Source: Escherichia coli O127:H6 str. E2348/69 (lineage in GTDB: Bacteria > Pseudomonadota > Gammaproteobacteria > Enterobacterales > Enterobacteriaceae). Taken from it: a stretch of DNA of 64,000 nucleotides. The position numbers and the translations under genes are program-made. The notes below the pieces were generated by a model. The model saw only the letters and a program-made list of their open reading frames with translations, was not told where the DNA came from and did not search any database. Shown here in pieces: positions 34,320 through 49,010 of the stretch. How positions within the stretch are numbered: the stretch's first letter is position 1; the number at the start of each line of letters is the position of its first letter. The stretch lies in the NCBI RefSeq assembly GCF_000026545.1, contig NC_011601.1. One strand, 5' to 3'.

Positions 34320-35204
34320 CTATTGCTGGTCCGATTCTGCCAGGTCATCTTGGTCCTGGCCCAGGAGCGATAATTCCAACAATGCGTATCGGTGCTCAAC
34401 AAAGTTATGAACGTTGTTGGCAACCGCCAGTTTGAACAGTGCCGTGGCGCTGTCCAAATCCCCCAGACTTAGGTAGTACTTACCTAAATAGAAGTTGGTT
34501 TCACTGAGATGCTCAGCGAGCGAGGTGTTATCCGTTGCGTCCGCCTTGAGCCTTTCCATTAACGTTTGTTCGCTAATGTTGCCCAGGTAGAACTCGACAA
34601 TGTTCCATCCCCACTGTTCCTTATCCGATTTTTCGAAGTGCTGTTTCAACACTTCTTTAGCCTGCTTCTCATCGAGCTTCTGCTCGGCGAGATAAAGCCA
34701 CAGACTACGGAAAGGATCATTGGGATCGTCTTGATAAAACGCCAGCAGATCATCTTGCGCTAACTTGTCACGACCGCCGTAATATAATGCGATCCCGCGA
34801 TTCAAGTGCGCGTAGTTGTAAGTTGGATCAAGCTCAAGTACAGAATCAAACGCTTCATAGGCAGCATCAAAATTGCCTGCCTGCGTTAAATATATGCCTA
34901 AGTAATTGAATACTTCAGGCATATCCGGTCGGATTGCCAGCGCTTGCGAAAAATCGTTACGCGCTAATGCCCTCAGACCGAGACTATCATACAACACTCC
35001 GCGCTCATATAAAAGCTGTGCGCGTTCGTCATCGGTTAAAGCCCGACTGGCAAGGATCTGTTCCATACGTGCCAGAATCACTTCCTGCTGTAAAGTCGGT
35101 TGCAATGGTACCGCGAGGACTTCACTTTTACGCCAGGAAGTATTACTGCATCCTGCAAGCGTAAGTGCTGTCGCAACGAAACACCAGCGCAAAAAAGGCT
35201 TCAT
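34320..35204 (-). CDS. nlpI: TPR-repeat outer-membrane lipoprotein (294 aa)
   Basis: Translation [20 protein letters not shown] (lipobox). Confidence 0.92.
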
Positions 35205-35312
35205 TTCCCACTCCCGAAGACCACGGTTGAATGAACGTCCTGTTCCCGGTTGCTAACAAGGCGTCCTGCCCGGTTAAAAGCCCCCCGCCGCAGCGGAGGG
35301 CAAATGGCAACC

Positions 35313-37448
35313 TTACTCGCCCTGTTCAGCAGCCGGAGCTTCCAGTGCTGCAGCAGGTTGAGACTGCTCAGTCGCTTCTTTAATGCTCAGACGGATACGG
35401 CCCTGGCGATCAACTTCCAGCACTTTCACCGGTACTTCCTGACCCATCTGCAGGTAATCGGTCACTTTCTCAACGCGTTTATCAGCGATTTGAGAGATGT
35501 GGACCAGACCTTCTTTACCGCCACCAATGGCAACAAATGCGCCAAAGTCAACGATACGGGTCACTTTACCATTGTAGACGCGGCCCACTTCGATTTCTGC
35601 AGTGATCTCTTCGATACGACGAATCGCGTGTTTCGCTTTCTCGCCGTCGGTCGCTGCGATCTTCACAGTACCGTCATCTTCAATTTCGATGGTGGTGCCG
35701 GTTTCTTCGGTCAGAGCACGGATTACAGAACCGCCTTTACCGATAACATCTTTGATCTTGTCCGGGTTGATCTTGATGGTATGGATACGCGGTGCGAACT
35801 CAGAGATATCGCCACGCGGCGCGTTGATCGCCTGTTCCATTACCCCCAGTATATGCAGACGCGCACCTTTAGCCTGGTTCAGTGCAACCTGCATGATCTC
35901 TTTGGTGATACCTTCAATTTTGATATCCATCTGCAATGCAGAGATACCGTCACGGGAACCCGCAACTTTGAAGTCCATATCGCCCAGGTGATCTTCGTCG
36001 CCCAAAATGTCAGACAGTACAACGTAGTTGTCGCCTTCTTTCACCAGACCCATTGCGATACCCGCAACGGCGGCTTTGATTGGCACACCTGCGTCCATCA
36101 GCGCCAGAGACGCGCCGCACACGGAAGCCATAGAAGAGGAACCGTTGGATTCGGTGATTTCAGACACAACACGTACGGTGTACGGGAATTTGTCCATATC
36201 CGGCATTACTGCCAGCACGCCGCGCTTCGCCAGACGACCGTGACCAATTTCACGACGCTTCGGAGAACCGACCATGCCGGTTTCGCCTACGGAGTACGGA
36301 GGGAAGTTATAGTGGAACAGGAAGGTATCAGTACGTTCGCCCATCAGTTCATCAAGAACCTGCGCGTCACGAGCGGTACCCAGCGTTGCGGTAACCAGCG
36401 CCTGCGTTTCACCACGGGTGAACAGCGCAGAACCGTGAGTACGCGGCAGCACGCCAGTACGCACATCCAGACCACGGATCATATCTTTTTCACGACCGTC
36501 GATACGCGGTTCGCCTGCCAGTACGCGGCTACGAACAACGTTTTTCTCAATAGCGTGCAGAATTTCACCCAGTTCGTTTTCGTCCAGGGTTTCATCTTCA
36601 GCAAGCAGCGTCGCGATAGTTTCAGATTTGATGACATCAACCTGCGCATAACGCTCTTGTTTGTCGGTGATGCGGTAAGCATCGCTCAGACGAGCTTCAG
36701 CCAGTGCAGCAACGCGCGCGTTCAGCGCTTCGTTTACCGGCTCCGGCTGCCAGTCCCAACGCGGTTTACCGGCTTCTTTCACCAGTTCATTGATGTTCTG
36801 AATAACAACCTGCTGTTGTTCATGACCGAACACCACTGCGCCCAGCATTTGGTCTTCGCTCAGCAGTTCAGCTTCAGATTCAACCATCAGCACGGCAGCT
36901 TCTGTACCGGCAACAACCAGGTCCAGTTTGCTCTCTTTCAGTTCGTCCTGAGTCGGGTTCAGTACGTACTGGTCATTGATGTAACCTACACGGGCAGCAC
37001 CATTCGGGCCATTGAACGGAATACCAGACAGAGACAGTGCTGCGGAAGCACCAATCATCGCGACGATATCCGGGTTAACCTGCGGGTTAACAGAAACCAC
37101 GGTGGCGATAACCTGAACTTCGTTGACGAAGCCTTCCGGGAACAGCGGGCGAATCGGGCGGTCAATCAGACGCGCGATCAGGGTTTCGCCTTCGCTTGGG
37201 CGGCCTTCACGACGGAAGAAGCTACCCGGGATACGACCAGCAGCGTAGGTACGCTCCTGATAGTTAACGGTCAGCGGGAAGAAGTCCTGACCTGGTTTGG
37301 CTTTTTTCTGACCAACAACGGTAACAAATACCGCGGTGTCATCCATGCTAACCATAACAGCGGCAGTAGCCTGACGAGCCATCATGCCGGTTTCCAGAGT
37401 CACGGTGTGTTGGCCGTACTGGAATTTACGAACGATCGGATTAAGCAA
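35313..37448 (-). CDS. pnp: Polynucleotide phosphorylase (711 aa) with UUG start codon
   Basis: Translation (M)[20 protein letters not shown]; TTG at 37446-37448 gives the canonical 711-aa product. Confidence 0.92.
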   Translation of the reverse strand: MLNPIVRKFQYGQHTVTLETGMMARQATAAVMVSMDDTAVFVTVVGQKKAKPGQDFFPLTVNYQERTYAAGRIPGSFFRREGRPSEGETLIARLIDRPIRPLFPEGFVNEVQVIATVVSVNPQVNPDIVAMIGASAALSLSGIPFNGPNGAARVGYINDQYVLNPTQDELKESKLDLVVAGTEAAVLMVESEAELLSEDQMLGAVVFGHEQQQVVIQNINELVKEAGKPRWDWQPEPVNEALNARVAALAEARLSDAYRITDKQERYAQVDVIKSETIATLLAEDETLDENELGEILHAIEKNVVRSRVLAGEPRIDGREKDMIRGLDVRTGVLPRTHGSALFTRGETQALVTATLGTARDAQVLDELMGERTDTFLFHYNFPPYSVGETGMVGSPKRREIGHGRLAKRGVLAVMPDMDKFPYTVRVVSEITESNGSSSMASVCGASLALMDAGVPIKAAVAGIAMGLVKEGDNYVVLSDILGDEDHLGDMDFKVAGSRDGISALQMDIKIEGITKEIMQVALNQAKGARLHILGVMEQAINAPRGDISEFAPRIHTIKINPDKIKDVIGKGGSVIRALTEETGTTIEIEDDGTVKIAATDGEKAKHAIRRIEEITAEIEVGRVYNGKVTRIVDFGAFVAIGGGKEGLVHISQIADKRVEKVTDYLQMGQEVPVKVLEVDRQGRIRLSIKEATEQSQPAAALEAPAAEQGE

Positions 37449-37479
37449 TGTAATATCCTTTCTCTTTCTTAGACAGTAC

Positions 37480-37680
37480 CTTACGGTACTGGTGTTAATA
37501 CCCGATCTTCTGCGCATCCTCGCGACTAATGACAACCCTAACCCAGCTCTATGTGGGTAAAGCCTCTCATTAGCCGCGCGAACCTCTGCAACGGAAGATC
37601 ATTCATAGCAACAATACATTAGTTTCCAGTGAATTGCTGCCGTCAGCTTGAAAAAAGGGGCCACTCAGGCCCCCTTTTCT
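37480..37680 (+). ncRNA. sraG: Candidate SraG (PsrO) small RNA in the rpsO-pnp intergenic region
   Basis: Placed from recalled K-12 location (plus strand between pnp and rpsO); ends not determinable by eye; the bidirectional hairpin at 37657-37674 could serve as its terminator. Confidence 0.3.
37650..37680. terminator. rpsO terminator (ggggccactcaggccccc hairpin with A-run and T-run on either side)
   Basis: Perfect GC hairpin just downstream of the rpsO stop. Confidence 0.8.
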
Positions 37681-37694
37681 GAAACTCGCAAGAA

Positions 37695-38060
<366 letters not shown>

Positions 38061-38112
38061 TTAAGCGGCAGTATTCTACTCGTAGCGACCTGTTATCGCA
38101 AGACGGTTAACA

Positions 38113-39057
38113 TTACGCCGGGTATTCAACCACCAGGCGACGAGGCGCAACGCGGCCTTCATCGTCAATTTCGCCCATACCGATAAACTTGCCGTTCTCA
38201 CCCTCTGTAACGCGAACCAGTCCTTCCAGCGGCGCACCGGATGTACGAACTGGGTTACCATTTTTGAAGTAAACAGAAGACGTTAACGGAAGATTCACCA
38301 CCGGGTAGTCCGAAGCTGGACTGTCCATTGGCATCAGTAATGGATCAAGTAACTCCGCAGCCGGAATATCCTGCTGTTCGGCTTGCTCAACCAGTTCACG
38401 CAGATGTTCCAGGGTCACCATCCGTTCAACCGGATATTTACTTACCGCCAGACGACGCAAGTAAATAACATGCGCGCCACAACCGAGTTTTTCGCCGAGA
38501 TCGTCAATGATAGTGCGGATATAAGTGCCTTTTGAGCAGTGAATTTCCAGCTCCAGCTCATTGCCTTCATGGCGAATAAACAGCAATTCATAAACGGTAA
38601 TCGGGCGCGCTTCACGCGGAACTTCAATGCCCTGACGCGCGTATTCGTACAGTTTTTTGCCCTGATATTTCAGTGCTGAATACATCGAAGGGATCTGTTC
38701 GATATCGCCACGGAAGGTATCCAGCGCCGCCGCCAGTTGCTCTGCACTAAAGGTTACCGGACGTTCTTCAACGATTTGTCCGTCGGCATCAGAAGTATCG
38801 GTACGCTGTCCAAGACGCGCAATGACCCGATAGCGTTTGTCGGAGTCCAGCAGATACTGGGAAAACTTCGTCGCTTCCCCGAGGCAAATTGGCAACATGC
38901 CGGTCGCCAGCGGGTCCAGCGCACCGGTATGCCCGGCACGGTTGGCGTTATAAATCCGTTTCACTTTTTGCAGCGCATCGTTGCTGGACATCCCCTGCGG
39001 TTTATCCAGCAACAAAACGCCGTTAATGTCGCGACCGCGACGACGAGGACGACTCAT
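38113..39057 (-). CDS. truB: tRNA pseudouridine-55 synthase (314 aa)
   Basis: Translation and length. Confidence 0.92.
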
Positions 39058-39458
39058 TAGCCCTCCTTGCTGTCGTCCGGGTTAACACGACGTTCTTCGT
39101 CATGTTTGACCACGCTGGTCACCAGGTTTGACATGCGCATCCCTTCAACCAGAGAGTTGTCGTAGAAGAAGGTCAGTTCCGGCACGATACGCAGGCGCAT
39201 CGCTTTCCCCAGCAGGCTGCGGATGAAACCAGAAGCTTCCTGCAACGCTTTGATGCCCGCTTTAACCGCGTCTTCATCTTTGTCGTTGAGGAACGTCACA
39301 TATACTTTGGCATACGCCAGGTCGCGAGACATTTCGACACCGGAAACGGTGGTCATCATGCCCAGACGAGGATCTTTAATTTCACGCTGCAGGATGAGAG
39401 CGATCTCTTTTTGCATTTCCTGCGCTACGCGCTGCGGGCGACCAAATTCTTTCGCCAT
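39057..39458 (-). CDS. rbfA: Ribosome-binding factor A (133 aa)
   Basis: Translation from [23 protein letters not shown]; the upstream extension is rejected. Confidence 0.9.
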
Positions 39459-39473
39459 AATAAATTCTCCTGA

Positions 39474-39500
39474 CAAAAAAGGGGCTGTTAGCCCCTTTTT
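39474..39500 (-). terminator. Hairpin plus U-run between infB and rbfA (internal attenuator/terminator-like structure)
   Basis: ggggctgttagcccc flanked by A- and T-runs. Confidence 0.4.
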
Positions 39501-39535
39501 AAAATTAATTTCAGGTGGAAGGGCTGTTCACGTTG

Positions 39536-39604
39536 GCCTGATAAGACGCGCCAGCGTCGCATCAGGCAATCCATGCAGGATGCGACATAAACGCCTTATC
39601 CTGC
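39536..39604. repeat. REP/BIME element between infB and rbfA
   Basis: gcctgataagacgcgccagcgtcgcatcaggc plus a second REP-like unit. Confidence 0.75.
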
Positions 39605-39621
39605 ATGGAACCCTAAAAACC

Positions 39622-42294
39622 TTAAGCGATGGTACGTTGGATCTCGATGATTTCGAATACTTCGATCACATCGCCAGTGCGGACATCGTTGTAGTTCTTA
39701 ACGCCGATACCACATTCCATACCGTTACGGACTTCGTTAACGTCATCTTTGAAGCGTCGCAGGGACTCCAGCTCGCCTTCGTAGATAACCACGTTGTCGC
39801 GCAGAACGCGGATCGGGTTGTGACGTTTAACCACACCTTCGGTAACCATACAACCTGCGATGGCACCAAATTTCGGTGATTTGAACACGTCACGAACTTC
39901 CGCCAGACCGATAATCTGCTGTTTCAGTTCCGGAGACAGCATACCGCTCATCGCCGCTTTCACTTCGTCGATCAGGTTATAGATGACGGAGTAGTAACGC
40001 AGATCCAGGCTTTCCGCTTCAATCACTTTACGTGCAGAGGCATCAGCACGTACGTTGAAGCCAACCAGGATGGCGTTGGACGCCGCAGCCAGGGTAGCGT
40101 CGGTTTCGGTGATACCACCTACGCCAGAACCGATGATCTTCACTTTAACTTCGTCAGTAGACAGTTTCAGCAAGGAGTCGGAAATTGCTTCCACAGAACC
40201 CTGTACGTCTGCCTTCAGGACGATATTCACTTCGTGAACTTCGCCTTCGGTCATGTTGGCGAACATGTTCTCGAGTTTAGATTTCTGCTGACGCGCCAGT
40301 TTAACTTCGCGGAATTTACCCTGACGATAGAGTGCAACTTCACGCGCTTTCTTCTCGTCACGTACGACGGTAACTTCATCACCCGCAGCCGGTACGCCGG
40401 ACAGGCCGAGGATTTCCACCGGAATGGACGGACCCGCTTCCAGCACTTCCTGACCCAGTTCGTTACGCATTGCACGAACACGACCGTATTCGAAGCCACA
40501 CAGAACGATATCGCCCTTGTGCAGAGTACCTTCACGTACCAGAACGGTAGCAACCGGACCACGACCTTTATCGAGGAAGGATTCGATAACCGCACCGCTC
40601 GCCATACCTTTACGTACCGCTTTCAGCTCCAGAACTTCCGCCTGCAGCAGGATAGCATCCAGCAGTTCATCAATACCGGTACCCGCTTTTGCAGATACGT
40701 GTACGAACTGGCTTTCGCCGCCCCACTCTTCTGGCAGGATGCCGTACTGGGAGAGTTCGTTCTTAACGCGATCCGGATCGGCTTCTGGTTTATCGATTTT
40801 GTTCACAGCAACCACCACCGGAACACCCGCCGCTTTCGCGTGCTGGATAGCTTCGATGGTCTGCGGCATTACACCGTCGTCTGCAGCAACAACCAGGACT
40901 ACGATGTCCGTTGCCTGCGCACCACGTGCACGCATTGAAGTAAACGCGGCGTGCCCCGGGGTGTCCAAGAAGGTGATCATGCCGTTTTCAGTTTCAACGT
41001 GGTATGCACCAATGTGCTGGGTAATGCCGCCCGCTTCGCCAGAGGCCACTTTCGTTGAACGAATGTAGTCCAGCAGAGAGGTTTTACCGTGGTCAACGTG
41101 ACCCATGATGGTCACAACCGGCGCGCGCGGTTCAGCCGCAGCACCCGTGTCACGGTCGCTCATTACCGCCTCTTCCAGCTCGTTTTCACGACGCAGGATA
41201 ACTTTGTGGCCCATCTCTTCAGCAACCAGCTGTGCGGTTTCCTGATCGATAACCTGGTTGATGGTTGCCATTGCGCCCAGTTTCATCATCGCTTTGATGA
41301 CCTGAGAGCCTTTAACCGCCATCTTGTTCGCCAGTTCGCCAACGGTGATGGTTTCGCCGATCACAACGTCACGGTTAACGGCCTGAGCTGGCTTCTGGAA
41401 GCCTTGCTGCAGCGAAGAGCCTTTACGTTTTCCGCCCTTACCGCCACGTACTGCTGCGCGAGCTTCTTCACGATCAGCTTTTGATTCAGCGTGTTTGTTG
41501 CCTTTCTTCGGACGCGCTGCTTTCGCGTTACGACCACGGCCGCGGCCGCCTTCGACTTCACGATCGCTTTCGTCTTCTGCCTGGCGAGCATGTTGAGAAG
41601 TAGTGACGTGATAATCGCTGGAATCTTCAGTCGGTTCCGCGTTATCAGTCCATTTGTTTTCTTCCGCCATACGACGTGCTTCTTCAGCAACGCGACGTGC
41701 TTCTTCTTCGAGTTTACGACGCGCTTCTTCTTCGGCTTTACGCTTGAGCTCTGCAGCTTCCTGCTCACGGCGGGCTTTTTCAGCCTGGGCGTTTTTAGTC
41801 ATATCGTCTTGTTGATTGCTCACTTTGTCTTTTTCCGCAGCTTCACGTTTCGCTTGTTCAGCAGCTTCACGCTTAGCTTGTTCTGCGGCCTCACGTTCAG
41901 CTTTTTGTTGCGCCTCGCGTTTAGCCGATTCTTCTGCCTCACGACGGGCTTGCTCTTCCGCTTCACGCTGCGCTTGCTCTTCCGCTGCAAGGCGCTCAGC
42001 CTCTTGCGGATCGCGTTTCACAAAGGTGCGTTTCTTGCGGACTTCGATTTGTACCGATTTGCTTTTTCCACCGGTACCAGGAATGTTAAGGGTGCTGCGT
42101 GTTTTACGTTGCAGCGTCAATTTGTCCGGGCCTGAATTTTTCTGATTCAGGTGGTCAATCAAAGTCTGTTTCTCTTGTGCAGACACAGAGTCGTCAGCAG
42201 ACTTCCGGATACCTGCATCAGCAAATTGCTGTACCAGGCGTTCCACGGAGGTCTGTCGCTCTGCGGCCAGCGTTTTAATCGTTACATCTGTCAT
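39622..42294 (-). CDS. infB: Translation initiation factor IF-2 (890 aa)
   Basis: Translation [20 protein letters not shown]... with GTP-binding motifs; repetitive Glu/Ala/Lys/Arg N-terminal region. Confidence 0.95.
41800..41823 (-). other. Internal in-frame initiation codons of infB: GUG at codon 158 (IF2-beta) and AUG at codon 165 (IF2-gamma)
   Basis: Codon positions counted from the translation (V158, M165); function assigned from established knowledge of IF2 isoforms. Confidence 0.5.
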
Positions 42295-42318
42295 GCTGTT
42301 CCTTCCTGCTACAGTTTA

Positions 42319-43806
<1,488 letters not shown>

Positions 43807-43833
43807 CGCGGGCTTTTCACCTCATCCAGACTA

Positions 43834-44298
43834 TTAAAAGTGGGGAACCAGGTTCGCCTTCTGGATATTACTCAGCGCGAACACTTCATCTTTACCTTCG
43901 ACGGTAACTGTGATCATTTCACCGTCTACCGCTTTGATAACGCCCTGCCATTTACGACGGTTTTGTACCGCCATACGGAGAACCAGAGTCACCTCTTCTC
44001 CGACAAAACGGGCGTAGTGTTCAGCCGTGAACAGTGGGCGATCGAGACCCGGTGAGGAGACTTCCAGGTTATAAGCAACGGTGATGGGGTCTTCAACATC
44101 CAGCACAGCACTTACCTGGTGGCTCACATCAGCACAATCATCAACATTGATGCCATCTTCACTATCAATATAGATGCGCAGTGTGGATGTGCGACCGCGA
44201 ATAAATTCGATGCCAACCAGTTCAAAACCCAGGGCCTCAACTGGCGCAGTAATCATCTCTGTTAATTTTTGCTCTAATGTGGACAAGCCCACCCCCAA
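43834..44298 (-). CDS. rimP: Ribosome maturation factor RimP (ORF 154 aa; true start possibly the TTG at codon 5, giving 150 aa)
   Basis: Translation ...[27 protein letters not shown]. Confidence 0.88.
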
Positions 44299-44344
44299 GA
44301 CATAAAAAAAGGGCCTAAAGCCCAGTTATTCTGTAGTCAGATAA

Positions 44345-44370
44345 CAAAAAACCCCGATAAATCGGGGCTT
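44345..44370 (-). terminator. Hairpin plus U-run between metY and rimP (partial terminator/attenuator of the metY-nusA operon)
   Basis: ccccgataaatcgggg hairpin with flanking A-run and T-run. Confidence 0.5.
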
Positions 44371-44492
44371 TATATAACTGAACCCTATAACCGCAACTGC
44401 GGTCTGGAGCACTTTCCAGAAGGATTTTTTCAAATCCCACTACGAAGGCCGAAGTCTTCACAGTATATTTGAAAAAGGACTCTAAGGGAAAG

Positions 44493-44569
<77 letters not shown>

Positions 44570-44830
44570 CCTGAAACATGGCAAATTCTACTCGTTTTGG
44601 GTAAAAAATGCAAATACTGCTGGGATTTGGTGTACCGAGACGGGACGTAAAATCTGCAGGCATTATAGTGATCCACGCCACATTTTGTCAACGTTTATTG
44701 CTAATCACGTGAATGAATATCCAGTTCACTTTCATTTGTTGAATACTTTTACCTTCTCCTGCTTTCCCTTAAGCGCATTATTTTACAAAAAACACACTAA
44801 ACTCTTCCTGTCTCCGATAAAAGATGATTA

Positions 44831-44866
44831 AATGAAAACTCATTTATTTTGCATAAAAATTCAGTG
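44831..44866 (+). promoter_or_regulatory. Two adjacent ARG boxes (ArgR operator) upstream of argG
   Basis: aaTGAAaactCATTtatt and tTGCATaaaaATTCAgt resemble the ARG-box consensus TGAAT-N4-ATTCA; about 50 bp upstream of the argG ATG. Confidence 0.5.
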
Positions 44867-44901
44867 AGAGCAGAAATCCAGGCTCATCATCAGTTAATTA
44901 A

Positions 44902-46260
<1,359 letters not shown>

Positions 46261-46267
46261 TTCGACA

Positions 46268-47893
46268 TCAACCCTGCCCTTCAGGGGTGGGGTTACCTTG
46301 ATTATCCTCTGTAAACTCCTTTCTGAGCATCACATAATCGAAAACATCATGGTTTGCATCCACAACCCGTGAGTCTCCTTTATAGTGTGCAATCACTTCC
46401 TCAAGCGTTTGCGGCTGTTCCGGCTTTGTTACCCCCATCCACGCATTAATAAGGTAATTATTGTAAGCTGTCGAAAAGATGTTGTTTTCCGTTGTGCGAT
46501 CCACGCCATCCCCAAGAACGGGGCTATACCAGATAAACATCGGGACATGATATGCCTGCTGGCTAGCCTCCCTGCCTCCATGAAAATAGACGTTCTTCTT
46601 CGTAGGGTCGCGTTCCAGGCCGTGGTCGGCAAAATACATGACCGAGGCGCGGCGATCTTTTAATAATTCAAAAACCTGACCTAGCAAACTATCTGTGTAA
46701 TGAATGGAGTTGTCATAGCAGGCATCCTGATCGTCCTGCGGTTGAAACACGGCGCTGGATTGCGGATAGGCGCTACAAGCCGGTTCATGGCTTCCATTTA
46801 AATGAAGAACAATCAGTTTCTTTTGCTGCGTCTTTTGCTGTAACGCTTGCGATAAATGCGGCAACAACAATTCATCAAATCCTCTGACATAGACTGTTTC
46901 CATGGCGCGCATGGCGATACTGGTAACTGCTGTACCATTCTCCCGAAAAGCGGATTGCGAGCTTAGCCAGAAAGTCTGAAATCCTGCTTGATTAGCCATA
47001 TTAATAATGTTGTCCGGGTAATTATGAATGTCATGACTCAAAACAGAATCAGCAGTTAAAGAAAGGGGAACCGACAGCGCAGTGTAAGGTGCACCGCTTA
47101 TTGCTTGATTAAACAGTTTGATCTGTTTTCTTTGTGCTTCGACTTGCGGTGTCGTAGAGCGTGTATATCCATACAAAGACATATTGTCGACACGTACAGA
47201 CTCCCCCACAATCAACACGTAGGTATCAATACCTGTATCCCTGACTGATAATTGAAAATACGGCACCGTGTTTGCAATTGAGAGTAATCTTTGATGCTCT
47301 TTCGCTGCTAAAGCAAAATAATTGAGATTGAAAAACGGTGTATAGGTAGCAAATCGCGACGCTAGTATATATGGACTGAACGCTTTTTTATTTTTTGCAT
47401 CTTTATAAGCAAATTGACAAGCGGAAAATAAACTGCCCGAAATGACAATCAGCAATAATATTCCTGTCACTTTTTTCGTCGGCAAGGAAACATCATATTT
47501 TATTATTACTGCCAAAAAAAGAAGGGATAAAAAGGCAAAAGCACATAGATAAGGGATATACATCCCCAGCATTTTGACAACTTCATCCGGATCACTCTGC
47601 AGCACACTAATCGCAAATCCATCATTGAAAGTTGTACCAAAGGTACACCATGAATAGAGGCTAATACTCATGTCTGCCGCTGTCAGTAACACAAATGGTG
47701 TGGCAACAAGCAGGCGAAGCGGAAGGGATGATATACGTTTAACAACCAGGATGGTCAGAACGAAAAACAGCAATCGCTGAACCATATGCGCTCCGGAAGA
47801 GGCGACTAAGTTCGTAATACCAAAAACAATAACACAAAGATACAACAACCAATGAGATTTAAAACTTCTAACAAATTTGTTGAATACTGTCAT
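46268..47893 (-). CDS. yhbX: Putative inner-membrane phosphoethanolamine-transferase/sulfatase-family protein (541 aa; ORF open to 47917)
   Basis: N-terminal transmembrane segments plus a sulfatase-like domain in the translation. Confidence 0.85.
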   Translation of the reverse strand: MTVFNKFVRSFKSHWLLYLCVIVFGITNLVASSGAHMVQRLLFFVLTILVVKRISSLPLRLLVATPFVLLTAADMSISLYSWCTFGTTFNDGFAISVLQSDPDEVVKMLGMYIPYLCAFAFLSLLFLAVIIKYDVSLPTKKVTGILLLIVISGSLFSACQFAYKDAKNKKAFSPYILASRFATYTPFFNLNYFALAAKEHQRLLSIANTVPYFQLSVRDTGIDTYVLIVGESVRVDNMSLYGYTRSTTPQVEAQRKQIKLFNQAISGAPYTALSVPLSLTADSVLSHDIHNYPDNIINMANQAGFQTFWLSSQSAFRENGTAVTSIAMRAMETVYVRGFDELLLPHLSQALQQKTQQKKLIVLHLNGSHEPACSAYPQSSAVFQPQDDQDACYDNSIHYTDSLLGQVFELLKDRRASVMYFADHGLERDPTKKNVYFHGGREASQQAYHVPMFIWYSPVLGDGVDRTTENNIFSTAYNNYLINAWMGVTKPEQPQTLEEVIAHYKGDSRVVDANHDVFDYVMLRKEFTEDNQGNPTPEGQG

Positions 47894-48312
47894 CCAGAAA
47901 TCCAAGTTCACAACCAATATAAATAATTATCAACAATGTTCAATTTTATATCAGACATGTTTTTCAACTCTGATCCATATCAGACCGAAACACTGTTAGT
48001 TTTTTCTTTTTAAATGATGCGGCCATTGTTCTCAGTAATTAAATAACATTATCAATGCGTCTCTAAACATTACGCAGAACGTAGCCATCAGTAGTTATAC
48101 TGACAGGAGCAGGATGGTTTATCGAGAAGTAAACATATCCGTATTCGTACCGGAACTGGAGTTGACACAATAAAGTGCCAATTATGTCAGCAGAAGGAAA
48201 AAGTTTATAACTAAGGCGTACCGGCACCATCGTTTCAAAGTACCAGCTACGAGTAAAGCAACTGGACGAGATACAGATACCTGACAACCATTCCTCAGAC
48301 CAGGACCAAAAC

Positions 48313-48337
48313 GAAAAAAGACGCTTTTCAGCGTCTC
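48313..48337 (-). terminator. Rho-independent terminator of the secG-leuU operon
   Basis: agacgcttttcagcgtct hairpin followed by a U-run on the minus-strand transcript. Confidence 0.75.
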
Positions 48338-48349
48338 TTTTCTGGAATT

Positions 48350-48436
48350 TGGTACCGAGGACGGGACTTGAACCCGTAAGCCCTATTGGGCACTACCACC
48401 TCAAGGTAGCGTGTCTACCAATTCCACCACCTCGGC
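48350..48436 (-). tRNA. leuU: tRNA-Leu (GAG), 87 nt
   Basis: Reverse complement reads GCCGAGGTGGTGGAATTGGTAGACACGCTACCTTGAGGTGGTAGTGCCCAATAGGGCTTACGGGTTCAAGTCCCGTCCTCGGTACCA. Confidence 0.95.
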
Positions 48437-48450
48437 ACGGATACTACTTT

Positions 48451-48783
48451 TTAGTTCGGGATATCGCTGGTCGGCTTAGCCGGAGCAGCTGGCTGAGTTT
48501 GTTCGGTTTTCGCCGGCGCACTCAGGTTTTCCCATTCGCTACCTTTATTGGTTTTATTGCTATTGATGTTACCCAGCACCAGACTGATGATGAAGAATAA
48601 CGTTGCCAGCAGCGCCGTCATGCGGGTCATGAAGTTACCAGAACCACTTGAACCAAACAGCGTAGCGGAAGCGCCTGCTCCGAAGGAGGCTCCCATATCA
48701 GCGCCTTTACCTTGCTGCAGCATGATCAGACCAACAAGGCCAATTGCCACAATAAGGAAAACTACTAAAAGAGCTTCGTACAT
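48451..48783 (-). CDS. secG: Protein-export membrane protein SecG (110 aa)
   Basis: Translation from MYEALLVVFLIVAIGLVGLIMLQQGKG; the upstream extension is rejected. Confidence 0.92.
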   Translation of the reverse strand: MYEALLVVFLIVAIGLVGLIMLQQGKGADMGASFGAGASATLFGSSGSGNFMTRMTALLATLFFIISLVLGNINSNKTNKGSEWENLSAPAKTEQTQPAAPAKPTSDIPN

Positions 48784-49010
48784 AATTAACCTGTTCCTTG
48801 CGGAGTTGCCGCGTACCAATGCTTCAACCAATAAAGCGGGAGTTTTTAATCTTTCCCACTGAAGCGGGTGTGAATACTAACCAAAGCGAATGACCTTCGC
48901 AAGGGCAATTTTATTGCATTGTATCAACTGCGGAAAAAAACAGCAAAACCGATGTGTTCGCTGAGAAAAAAGGCGACAATCGCCGCCTTTTTAGCCAGTT
49001 ATCTAACGCT

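Noticed and set aside
35250-37472. 740-aa plus-strand ORF antisense to pnp, and similar antisense ORFs at 42151..43620, 51498..52985, 44890..45963, 40234..40938 and 41491..42135
   Set aside because: Each is fully embedded opposite a well-supported, highly expressed gene; products are Phe/Thr/Arg/His-rich with no recognisable domains or RBS; consistent with codon-bias artefacts.
41500-42010. Tandem periodic nucleotide repeats that might suggest a CRISPR-like or satellite array
   Set aside because: They are in-frame within infB and encode the known repetitive N-terminal region of IF2; no spacer/repeat architecture and no cas genes anywhere in the window.
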